A DNA stretch of 64,000 nucleotides. It comes from Azolla caroliniana. Its lineage: Eukaryota; Plantae; Polypodiophyta. This document shows positions 1 through 10,765 of the stretch, one piece after another; the stretch's first letter is position 1; each line of letters starts with the position of its first letter. The notes beneath the pieces are model-generated. The model was not told the origin of the DNA, searched no databases, and was given only the letters and a program-made list of their open reading frames with translations. A program made the position numbers and the translations under genes. The DNA lies in NCBI GenBank assembly GCA_043228905.1, contig JBHGNT010000008.1, positions 12,276,001-12,340,000 of the forward strand, in the 5' to 3' direction.

Positions 1-1000
1 CATCGCGATAATAATCACGACGGTTATCACGTCGGTAGTCGTCGTCTTGACACCATCGATCCGGGGTTCGCGGTTGGTTGTTATCTTGGTCTCGGTAGAT
101 ATATCGCTCGTCCTGCCGAGAGTATGTATTTCGTGGCTCGATCTGGCGGACCGGTGCCGCCGTTGTGCGGTTCAGCATATTATATTCGCACTGCTCGACC
201 GTGTGAGCTCGAGACTGACAGATCGGACACTGTGGTCGGTGGGGACATTCGAGGGCCAGGTGCCCTGATCCTGAATACGTAGTGCATTGGAGGGCTTGGC
301 GAAAGCGATTTTCCTCTTGGGGAAGAGCGTTTTGCAAGGATGTCATCGAGAAGGCCGTGCCATGCTGGTTCCGATCGAGGGCGAGAACGCGCACTATGAC
401 TTGTTCGATAGTATGGTTGGCGAAATTTGTAAGTGCGAGAGTCATTCGTAGAGGCTCCCGTAAACTGGATAGGAAAGTGTTCGGTATATGTTGTGCCGAG
501 ACATCATCGGCCACTTGTCTGTAGAGGTCCTGGAACCGGATCGTGAACTGCGCGACCGTTTCGTGCGGTTCCTGGCATATAGAGAAGAATTGCCGGAGCA
601 GTTCCCGTTTAGGCACCTCGCAATGAAAAAGTTCAAGGAACTTTGTGCGCACGATTTGGAAAGTGGTGGCCTCTCCTATTTCGAGGCGAGAGTACCATCG
701 TGTGGCCGGTCCATCGAGGGAGAGTGTGAACTCGGCAATCTTCGAGGCATCAATTTCGGCCGGCGTGAGGCGGTGCGTGGAGTGCTTAACCTACCACGTG
801 GATATGAAGGCACGGACGTGTGACTCCGCGTCTGGTCCGTCGGTGTATTGTGGGTATGGGTACGACATGATGTCGTACTGTGGGTCTTCTGGTAGCACCG
901 GAAAAGGGTTGAGTTCCGGTTGATTGACCTCCGGAGGGCTCGACGGGGGTTTTGGTGGTGAATCGACTCGCGATCGAGTGTCCGGTGGCGAGGATTGCAC
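1..1000 (-). pseudogene. gag: gag of element A (premature stops)
   Basis: Translation matches L gag (DPDAEAHVHAFEQTW, LREPLR, double zinc knuckle); in-frame stop at ~791. Confidence 0.75.
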
Positions 1001-1646
1001 TGGACAAGCCTCCGATTGATCGGGAAAGGGTTGGTTAGTGACCGCCGAGTCAGAAGTTCCTTCGACTGGCTCAAGGCGTCGGGCGGGTGGCCGAGACCTC
1101 GTGGTGCGAGAGGGCGCCGTAACGGCGACTGGTGGTTACCTTCAACGAAGTTCGCTGTGCACTCATAGCTGTAACCGGGCGTGCCAAATTGTGTTACCTG
1201 TTCCTTTGGGTGAACACCTTCGATAGATCTGCGACTATCGGTCTTCAAGGGCGTGGTACGTGAAGGCTCGTAACAGAGACTTCGAGAGAGAGACAGGGTT
1301 CAGAGAGAAAACACTAGCGGGGTCTTGATAGACGTGGCGGCGTTGAACTCATAGGTAGGGATCAAAGCACAGACTCATGGAGCAAAATAGGCACAAATAA
1401 GATATATTACTATGACAGCAAAGATTACAGAACACGGCCTATGGCCGGTGACCTTACAAGTTTATCTAGTTAGGATGGCCTAAGCTAGTGCTTTCGCCTA
1501 TAGTTTTCTTCTCCCCCTCTCTGAGGTACTGGTCCTCATTTAAATAACTTTCCCCCTAATACACAACCGAGCCGTCGGTGGCCCGTGATACTCGGACTCG
1601 GCGTTTGCTAATTTCCTAATTTTACATTTCTGTCCTCTGGACAACA
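1..1646 (-). mobile_element. Element A: 5' part of an Athila-like Ty3/Gypsy element (putative 5' LTR/leader ~1265-1646, then gag), running off the left edge
   Basis: Minus strand begins TGTTGTCC at 1646. Gag peptide PYPQYTDGPDAESHVRAFISTW..SKIAEFTLSLDGPATRW..CPICQSRAHTVEQC is collinear with gag of L. The inner LTR boundary and PBS were not found. Confidence 0.75.
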
Positions 1647-1697
1647 GTAGCCAGTGTACGCTCCCCGTTCCCCTAATGTCTTTTCGGGGTAGAAGAA

Positions 1698-4355
1698 ACC
1701 TTCACGTAACACGACCCCTTGATACCGATAGCCCTTGGGCTCATCGAAGGTGTTTCCTCCAGAAACGGTTAACACAATTTGGCATGCCCGGTTACAGTTG
1801 CAAGGTCACAGTGAACTACGTAGGAGGCAAACGTCAGCCGCCATTATGGCGCCCAATCGCATCACGCGGTCTCAGCCACCTGCCCGACGCCTTGAGCCAC
1901 TCGAAGGAACTTCTGACTCGGTGGTCACTGACCGATATTTCCAGGAACTATCGGAGGCCCACCGATACCCAATTGCGAGATTTTGATTCCGCACCGATCT
2001 CCCCGTCAAGCCCTCCAAAGGTCACCCAACCTGACCCTAACCCTTTCCCGGCTTTACCTGAAGACCTGGATCTCGATAACATGCCTTACCCTTACCCACG
2101 ATATACAAATGGCCCAGACGCGGAATCGCACACCCGTGCTTTCGTGTTCACATGGTAGGCCAACCACTCGACGCAACGGTTATCGGCTGCCGAAATTGAG
2201 TTCTCCAAAATCACGGAATTTGTTCTATCCCTTGATGGTATTCTCACCTCGACGTGGGGGAGGTCACAACATTCCAGGATGATGACTACCGCTGCAACGA
2301 CAACCACTACCGTTGGAGATCGGACGATCACCGTGACCAATACCGCGATGACCAATATAGAGCAAACAATGAGTATGACAGGTACGGCGACGACCGGGAT
2401 GACTGATACAATCAACGGTATTCACGACACGATAGGAGGAACTCTCACAGAGGTTTGCGGAACAATCGACGGCATAACGACAATCGTCGTCGGGACCCTT
2501 CTCAAAACGTACCGTGCAACTCTCTTCCCCATAACGAGCCACCGGCCAACACGCCTACAGAAGAGGCCGGGAACTGCTCACACCCTCTCCCACACATTGA
2601 TCGCAGTGACACCAGCAACTTGGCATCGGTTAACTGCTTTAAGTGTAACCAACCCCGCCACTACGCTAACCAATGCCCAACCATGGACCGCGGCAAGGTC
2701 CTGGCCATGAATAGTATTATGTCAGACGTTCAACACGTCACTACATGCAGCAAAACCTAGGCTACCCAATGGCAAGTACAAGATGAAGTCCGACAAGCAC
2801 CCAAGGAATGGATTGACACCTCCAACAAAAGCAACGTTGAGCGGATGCACACAGAGATGCAGGATGTGACCATCAAAGCACCATAGTCCACAGGACCATC
2901 CACCTGGGCAGAAGATGACCATCTGCGGGACGCCCTTACCAGTTCTAGGATCTCGTTGCCATTGCATAAGCTTTTACCGCTCATGCCGCGCTTTCGGGAT
3001 ACATTGGCTATGCTCACAACTAACGCCAAATCGGCCGCACCCCCTGTTAACTTGACAGAGCTAGGGATAGGCCCACCCCTCATGGATTCTCAAAATCCAG
3101 TCGTGAAAATCATGATTAAGGGACGCGACCTTCATGGATGCATAATCGACGGTGGCTCCGGCGTGAACGCCATCAGCGAGGTCACATGTCACAAACTCAG
3201 TCTGGACCACTGGGAACCTTGCCCCTTTTGGCTTCGGATGGCCGATACGCGATCGGTTCGCCCCATAGGGTTAATCCGCCACCTCGACTTCACGTTAGGA
3301 GGCCACATGTTCACTATCTCGGCAGTCGTGTTACGCCTCGAAGTCCCGGGCGCCTACCCAATGCTGCTTGGACAACCTTGGCTGCGCACAACAAATATTA
3401 AGCAACATTGGCAGTGAAATATGATCTCTTTTCGCCGGAGGAAGACCAAGGTACGGATAATAACAGAAGAATGCCTAACCATGCCCCACAACACCACACC
3501 CTTATATGTAGAAGGGGTACACATGCTCGACGATTAGACGACGAAGAGGTGGATGACTTCCTGCAAGATCATCCCACTATCATACCCCTCTTAGAAATAG
3601 ACGCCATGTCGACCGTCGGCACACCATCGGACGAGGATGTCACGGAAGATTCACTTCCCTAGGACGAGCCAGATTCCACAACTATCGCGGAATTACGACA
3701 CGCTCAGGACGCATTTGAATGAGAACTCACCATCTCCTAGTGAGTCAAAGCATCAACGCTCGAGTCACTCAACCTCGGCTCCAACGAGAACCCGTGTACA
3801 CTAAAAATCGCTAACAACTTACCAGTCGACGAATGGTCAGCCCTCATACGCCTACTCACGGATTATCAGGATGTATTCACATGGTCTTACATTGATATGA
3901 AGGGATTGGATCCCCAATATTACCAACACCAAATACACCTCCTGCATGACGCTCGGCCGGTCCAACAACGACGATACCATACATGAACCCCAACTACGTG
4001 GCTAAGGTCAAAGAGGAGATCTACAAGCTCCTCCGAGTAGGTTTTATACGCCTAGTAAAAAGAGCCACATGGTTAAACCCAATCGTCATCGTCCCCAAGA
4101 AAAACGGGAAAATCCGTGTTTGCGTTGATTACCACAAACTCAATGCTGCGACAATCACGGATGGGTTTCCTCTCCCGTTCACAGATAGTGTCCTCGACAC
4201 GGCGGTTGGTCATGACTGCTACAATTTTCTAGATGGGTTCAGCGGCTATAACCAAATCAAAATGCACCAGGAGAAAATGGCGTTTGTCACGGAATGGGGT
4301 GTCTTTGTGGCCGAGGTAATGATGTTCGGATTAAAAACGGGACTGGCCACATTCC
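1698..4355 (+). mobile_element. Element B, 5' half: degenerate Athila-like Ty3/Gypsy (internally deleted gag, zinc knuckle, protease, RT N-half)
   Basis: GPDAESHTRAF gag start, CFKCNQPRHYANQC knuckle (~2635), protease IIDGGSGVN (2956-3417), RT PIVIVPKKNGKIRVCVDY..FLDGFSGYNQI (3983-4355); many stops and frameshifts. Confidence 0.9.
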
Positions 4356-4393
4356 TGTCATATATAAGGTAGAGCAAAAGATAAGGTATATAA
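4356..4393. other. Templated filler DNA at a deletion junction
   Basis: TCATATATAAGGTAGAGCAAAAGATA is copied from ~4402-4427 and lies between truncated B RT and the truncated 5' LTR of C. Confidence 0.75.
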
Positions 4394-4730
4394 GGCTCTC
4401 ATCATATATAAGGTAGAGCAAAAGATATTATCTTTGTGTCTATGTGTGGAGCATAGAGAGTTCAAGGTAACTTGAACTAAGAGTGGAGGTGGGCTAGCTA
4501 CTCGTAAAGGGTTTTGGCTAACCAAAACCGGACCGGCGATGGAGCCGGTGATCCGGCACTAGTGAGACACCGGCATCCGGCGACGGTGAGGCGGGGGCAT
4601 CCGGCGAGGCACCGGTAACCGACGGCATCCGGCGCCGGTGAGACGACGGCATCCGGCGAGGCACCGGTAACCGGCGTCCGGTGACTAGATAAATAAATAT
4701 ATAAATATATATACATATATACATATACAA

Positions 4731-4803
4731 GGAGGGCAAGTAAGAATTCGAACCTTGCACCTCTGAGTTAGGAGTCAATTGGCTTACCATTAAGCCATGC
4801 TAT
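4731..4803 (-). ncRNA. tRNA-like (Pol III A/B-box) relic inside the LTR of C
   Basis: Minus strand TGGCTTAATGGTAAGCC (A-box/D-arm hairpin), CTCCTAA loop, AAGGTTCGAAT(T/C)CTT (B-box/T-arm); acceptor stem poor. Second copy at ~22640-22700. Confidence 0.45.
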
Positions 4804-5105
4804 TTAGTTGAATTTATATTTTTATCATTGTACTTTTACGTGAAAATTCTCATACATGAGAGCTAAAATGAGTGACATGGTTATCATGCACCACATGTAA
4901 TACATAAGCGCCAAATGGCAAGCATGCATTTTATGCATGTCTTGTACCCTCACATGCATCATATGCATGAGAGCATCTATAAAAGAAGGGGGAGGAGAAA
5001 AAACACGTTTTCTTTTTGTTATGAAATTAAGAAGAAGAAATTCGTTATCAAATTGATCGTGTAACTTGTTTCTTAAATCCAAAGATAAAAGTTCAATCAA
5101 TCTCT

Positions 5106-5763
5106 TGTTGGGAAACTCGACGCTTTCCGACGTTCACCTCCCGGCCACAACCGAGGAAACACGGATCAATGCAGCAGAAATAGAAAAACACAGAGAGAGA
5201 CTCGAATGCACAGGGTTTACCGTGGAAAACCCTAGACGGGAAAAACCACGGGAGTGCAAGACTCCAACTATCACTATACGCAGGGAATGTACAATGGCGA
5301 GCTGCAAGGCGACGACCTTGAGCTCACTGTCCTCGCCACAGACGGCGGTATTACACAGAGGCGTCGACCTCTTCCTTTCTCTCTCTCTCTCTCGGCTGCT
5401 CTCACTTCGCTCCCTCTAAGTGGAAAACAGAAAAATGAGCAACAACAACAACAAACTGTTTGCCCTAAGTCATATTTATACACATATGACTTTCGGGCTA
5501 TTTACAACTATAGCCTCAAGGGCCCTTGGCAAACATATTCACAAATATGTCCCCGCATCCGGATCTCTCTCCGGGTACATTCGTCATCCGGCTCCGTAAC
5601 CGGGGTCTTCATCATCCGGCTCCGTAGCCGGGGTCTTCATCATCTGGCTCCGTAGCCGGGGTCTTCATCATCCGGATCTGATACCGGGTTCTCCTCATTC
5701 GGGTCTTCATTCCCGATTCCCGGACATCCGACCATCCCATCCGGAGGGACCGTAATCCCAACA
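5106..5763 (-). repeat. 3' LTR of D (28-bp tandem units at ~5584-5695)
   Basis: TGTTGGGA...TCCCAACA ends; matches 9878-10535; PPT AAGGGGGAG adjacent at 5764-5774. Confidence 0.95.
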
Positions 5764-5773
5764 AACTCCCCCT

Positions 5774-8700
5774 TCACTTCGGCATGGGATGTCTTTCCAG
5801 TCCGACCTTCTTTCGGCACGCTTCCAGCTTGTCGGGTGTGAGCACTTTGGTCAGCATGTCTGACCCGTTCTCGTCCGTGTGGATCTTCGTCAGCACGAAC
5901 TCCTGGTCTTCTATCCTTTCCTGGATCCAGTGATATCTTCGCTGGATGTGCTTCGTCCGGGAGTGATAGGCCGCGTTCTTCGCAAGGTGGATGGCACTCT
6001 GACTGTCGCAGTAGAGTCGGTACTCCTCCTGTCGGATACCGAGCTCTCTAATGAAGTCCTTCATCCATATCATTTCCTTGCCGGCTTCAACAGCCGCCAT
6101 GTACTCCGCCTCCGTGGTTGACAATGCAACCGTCTTCTGCAGCCTCGACTGCCACGAAACAGCTCCCCCTGCATACGTCATCACATACCCTGATGTGGAC
6201 CGGCTGGTATCTGCATCAGCCGACATATCCGAATCGGTAAAGCCGTCGAGTTCGGGCTTACCGGAGCCGAATCGGAGGCACATGTTTGTCGTGCCCTTCA
6301 GGTATCGGAGTATCCACTTGGCCGCGTTCCAGTGCTCTTTGCCGGGATTGCTCATGTACCGGCTCACCACTCCGACTGCATATCCTATGTCCGGTCTTGT
6401 ACACACCATTGCGTACATCAAGCTTCCGACGGCAGAGGCATATGGTACTTTCATCATGTCCTCCTTCTCAGCCTTTGTCTTGGGCTTTGCTTGCTGGACA
6501 ACTTGCAGTTTGTCGGGAGGGTTGACCCGACCGGTCTTGCTTCCGACATGTTGAACCGGTGAAGCACCTTTGTCACGTACTTCTCCTGTGACAGCCACAA
6601 CTGCTTCTTCTTCCGGTCCCGGATGATGTGCATCCCTAGTATTTGCCTCGCCGGACCCAGGTCCTTCATTGAGAAGGTTCGGTGAAGCGCTTTCTTCAGC
6701 ATCCGTATCTTGACCTGGTCCCGTCCAACGATCAACATGTCGTCCACGTACAGGAGGAGTATTAGAAAGTCTCCTCCTTCGAACTTCTTCACAAACACGC
6801 AGTGATCGGACTGCGTTTTGTGGTACCCTTCGTCGGTCATGAAAGAGTCGAACTTCCGGTACCATTGCCGGGGAGCCTGCTTCAGTCCGTAAAGGCTCTT
6901 CTTCAACCGGCATACCAGGTGCTCCTTCCCTTTCTTCTCGAATCCTTCCGGTTGCTGCATGTAGATCTCTTCTTCGAGGTCACCGTGAAGGAATGCCGTC
7001 TTCACGTCCATCTGTTCTACCTCGAGGTCCATGCTTGCCGCTATGCTCAGCACCGTCCGGATGGAGGTCATCTTCACTACCGGGGCAAATATCTCGTCGA
7101 AGTCGACGCCCTTCTTCTGCTGGAACCCCTTCACCACGATCCTGGCTTTGTATCTCGGGGGGTTTCCGGCATCTCCCGGTTTCAGCTTGAACACCCACTT
7201 GTTTCGAAGTGCCCGCTTTCCTTTCGGCAACTCCACAAGTTCATATGTGTGGTTCTCATGCAGGGAATCCATCTCCTCCTGCATGGCACTTAACCACCTG
7301 CGGCTATGGGTGTCAAGCTTTGCTTCTTCAAAACTCTCCGGCTCCCCCTCGTCAGTTAGCAGCACGTGCTCTGGTTCCGGAAATCTCCGGGGGGCCCTTC
7401 TCTCTCTTAGAGGATATCTCCGTTCCGGAGCTTCGGTAACCGGCTCCTCTGTTTCCTCTTCATCCGTATCCATTTCGGGATCGGGGCCGGTTCCGGTATC
7501 AGTTTCATCTTCCTCGGCCGGTTCTGTTCCTTCACCGTCTTCGGCCGGATCCTCTAGTGCTAACCGGTCCCTTGCCGGTCGGGACTGCTCCTCGTAGAGT
7601 TGATCCTCACCGGTCGACTTGGAGCTCTTCATCTTCTTCTCCGACTCCCAGTCGGCGAGTGTCTTGTCCTCCATGAAGATGATATCACGACTCCGGAATA
7701 TCTTTTTGTCGACCGGGTCCCATACTCAGTAGCCGAACTCGTCATCGCCGTAACCGAGGAATATGCATGGCCGGGTCTTTGGATCTAGCTTTCCTCTCCG
7801 GTCCTTTGCCACATGCACATATGCGAGACACCCGAACACCTTCAGATGCCGGTAGGATACTTCCCTACCGGTCCACACTCTCTGCGGCGTGTCTCCGTCC
7901 AAAGGTACTGAGGGTGATCTGTTTATCACGTATGTCGCCGTCGACATTGCCTCAGCCCAAAACCCCTTGGGTAATTTCGCATGCGCCAGCATACTCCGGA
8001 CCCTCTCCATTATGGTCCGGTTCATCCTCTCGGCCAGCCCGTTCAGTTCCGGCGTCTTCGGCACAGTAAACTCGAGCCGGATTCCCTTCGAGCGACAGTA
8101 CTCCTCGAACTGCCCCCGGTATTCCCCTCCGTTATCCGCTCGTATCGCTTTCAGCTTCTTGCCGGATTCCCTTTCCACTCTCGCGTGGAGTTCTTTGAAG
8201 ACGCGCAACACTTGGTCCTTTGTCTTCAACGGTGCCGTCCACAGCTTCCGGTTGTGGTCATCAATGAATGTCACGAAGTACTGGGCTCCGCCATGTGACT
8301 TCGTTTCTACTTGACACACGTCAGTGTGCACCAACTCCAATGGTGCGCTACGTCTCGTCGGTGGCCTTGAGTGGAAGGAGGTTCGGTTCTGCATACCGGC
8401 CAGGCAATCGGTGCACTTCTCCAGGTGCACATGCTTCACTGGAATAAGGTTGTCTTCTGCAAGCCTCTTCATCCCCTTCTCACTCATGTGGCACAGTCTC
8501 TTGTGCCACAGCTCACCGGCAGTGTCGGCTGCCACGTTCAACTCCTCCGGACACAACCAAGCACTCATAAGGTACAGTGTGTTGACTTTCCGGGCCCGAG
8601 CCACTATCAGGCTCCCCTTGCTGAACTTCATTACGCCGTTCCGGATGCTACCTGTGTAGCCTTCATCGTCTAGCCTCCCGGCCGAAATCAGGTTCAATCG

Positions 8701-9846
8701 AACCTCCGGAACGTGTCGGACATCCTTCAGCAACATTTTGCATCCGGTCGAGGTTGTCAACCACACGTCTCCTATGCCGACAATCCGGCACGTACCTTCA
8801 TTTCCCATCCGAACACAGCCATGCTCACCGACTGTGTAGGATGAGAAGTATCTTCTTTCCGGGGTCAGGTGGAACGACGCTCCGGAATCGACCACCCAGG
8901 TAGTCTCATCGCCGGCAATGTTTAGTTCACCTTCTTCGGTGATGAGCATGATCTCCTCTTCACTTGCCGCGAGTGCCGTCGTTCCTTTCCGGTCCTGCCC
9001 TCGCCGATCCGAACCATTCCGGTCCGTGGCTCCCCGGTAAGCACCGTTCCGTTCCGAAGACTTCTTCGAATCGGTGTCGTCGGCTCCGTTGTCTTTTCGG
9101 TAATGCCGACAATTCTTTCGGAAGTGCCCCGGCTTCCCACAGTGGAAGCATGTGGGCCTTCCTCTTGACTGCGACCGGGTCCCCGACTTCTCCCGTCTTT
9201 GCGGACTCCGGTTCCGTTGTCTTCCCCGATCCGATTCGGTAAGCAGCATCTTCGGATCGGAGGCCGGTTCTTTATCTCTCCGACGCGCTTCTTCGTTCAA
9301 AATGCTTGTCTTTACCGTTTGTAGAGACAAGTTATCTTCGGTGCAGGAGGTGCTGAGAGTCACCACCAAGTTCTCCCAGCTTTCCGGCAATGTACACATC
9401 AGGATGATGGCTTGCATTGCATCCTCCAACGGGAACTTGATCGCCGCAAGCTGGTTCACGAATCCCATGAACGTGCTTACGTGTTCCACCATACTCTCGC
9501 CGTCCCGGTACTTGAGGTTCACTATCTTCCTCATCAGGGAGGTCCGGTTCAACGCATTCTTCCTCTCGTAGAGGCCCGACAGCTTCCGCCACATCTCATA
9601 TGCGTTGGTGTCGTTCGCCACATGTTGTAGAACGCTCATGTCGACGTATTGCCGAATGGTTGCAACGGCTTTCCGGTTCAGAAGCCTCCATTCCGTCTCA
9701 AGTACCCCCTTGGGTATTTCCGACCTGTCAATCGGTTCATACAGGTCCCGAACGATGAGCAGATCCTCCATCTTTATCTTCCAGTCGGCGTAGTTCTGCG
9801 CATTCAGCACCATCATCCCCGGCTGCCCGCTGCTGCCGCCTTCCAT
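5774..9846 (-). pseudogene. pol: gag-pol polyprotein of D with one premature stop (7726) and a 1-bp deletion (~6482)
   Basis: CFHCGKPGHFRKNC, WVVDSGAS, WHKRLCH, DNGGEY, AFLHGDLEEEIYM, YVDDML, SDMLTK motifs in ORFs 7726-9963, 6454-7674 and 5774-6913. Confidence 0.95.
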
Positions 9847-9862
9847 TTTCTGCACTGCAGTC

Positions 9863-9874
9863 GCTCTGATACCA
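9863..9874 (-). promoter_or_regulatory. Primer binding site of D (tRNA-iMet)
   Basis: TGGTATCAGAGC 3 nt after the 5' LTR. Confidence 0.92.
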
Positions 9875-9877
9875 GAT

Positions 9878-10535
9878 TGTTGGGAAACTCGACGCTTTCC
9901 GACGTTCACCTCCCGGCCACAACCGAGGAAACACGGATCAATGCAGCAGAAATAGAAAAACACAGAGAGAGACTCGAATGCACAGGGTTTACCGTGGAAA
10001 ACCCTAGACGGGAAAAACCACGGGAGTGCAAGACTCCAACTATCACTATACGCAGGGAATGTACAATGGCGAGCTGCAAGGCGACGACCTTGAGCTCGCT
10101 GTCCTCGCCACAGACGGCGGTATTACACAGAGGCGTCGACCTCTTCCTTTCTCTCTCTCTCTCTCGGCTGCTCTCACTTCGCTCCCTCTAAATGGAAAAC
10201 AGAAAAATGAGCAACAACAACAACAAACTGTTTGCCCTAAGTCATATTTATACACATATGACTTTCGGGCTATTTACAACTATAGCCTCAAGGGCCCGTG
10301 GCAAACATATTCACAAATATGTCCCCGCATCCGGATCTCTCTCCGGGTACATTCGTCATCCGGCTCCGTAACCGGGGTCTTCATCATCCGGCTCCGTAGC
10401 CGGGGTCTTCATCATCCGGCTCTGTAGCCGGGGTCTTCATCATCCGGATCTGATACCGGGTTCTCCTCATTCGGGTCTTCATTCCCGATTCCCGGACATC
10501 CGACCATCCCATCCGGAGGGACCGTAATCCCAACA
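9878..10535 (-). repeat. 5' LTR of D
   Basis: Direct repeat of 5106-5763. Confidence 0.95.
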
Positions 10536-10706
10536 TCTCTCTCAATCGTTTAATCTCAACTTCTCTCTTTCCCAATCTATCTTAAGTACTTTCTCGCCAA
10601 AGCTTGCACCAAAGCTTGTACCGACTTTGAATCCTTCCGGTCCAGAACCCCGGCGGTTCCGCCTCACGATCCGCGCGTAGTGAGGGATCTTCACGACATA
10701 ATTAAG

Positions 10707-10723
10707 TGGTGAACCCGACGTGA
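10707..10723 (+). promoter_or_regulatory. Primer binding site of C (tRNA-Trp)
   Basis: TGGTGAACCCGACGTGA is the reverse complement of TCACGTCGGGTTCACCA, the 3' end of plant tRNA-Trp as I recall it; 8 nt after the LTR. Confidence 0.8.
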
Positions 10724-10765
10724 AAGAGGCGGTAGGAAGGATCAAGTCGAGATTAATACTTTGAG

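Larger units (their letters stand above)
5106..10535 (-). mobile_element. Element D: full-length young Ty1/Copia (Tnt1/Tork-like)
   Basis: 658-bp LTRs with ~5 differences by eye, perfect TSD TCTCT (5101-5105/10536-10540), PBS-iMet, PPT, gag-PR-IN-RT-RH order. Confidence 0.97.
4394..10698 (+). repeat. 5' LTR of C (first ~250 bp deleted; split by D into 4394-5105 and 10541-10698)
   Basis: Near-identical to 22334-23150; ends ATCTTCACGACA. Confidence 0.88.

Noticed and set aside
4731-4803. Functional tRNA gene
   Set aside because: Acceptor and anticodon stems do not pair properly; kept only as a tRNA-like relic.
5066-5655. LTR ORFs with poly-Gln/poly-Cys (also 9649-10427)
   Set aside because: Translation of (CAA)n and (CT)n microsatellites in D LTRs.
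9847-9963. N-terminal 39 aa of the 745-aa ORF
   Set aside because: Runs through the LTR and PBS; the plausible start is ATG at 9846 (MEGGSSG).
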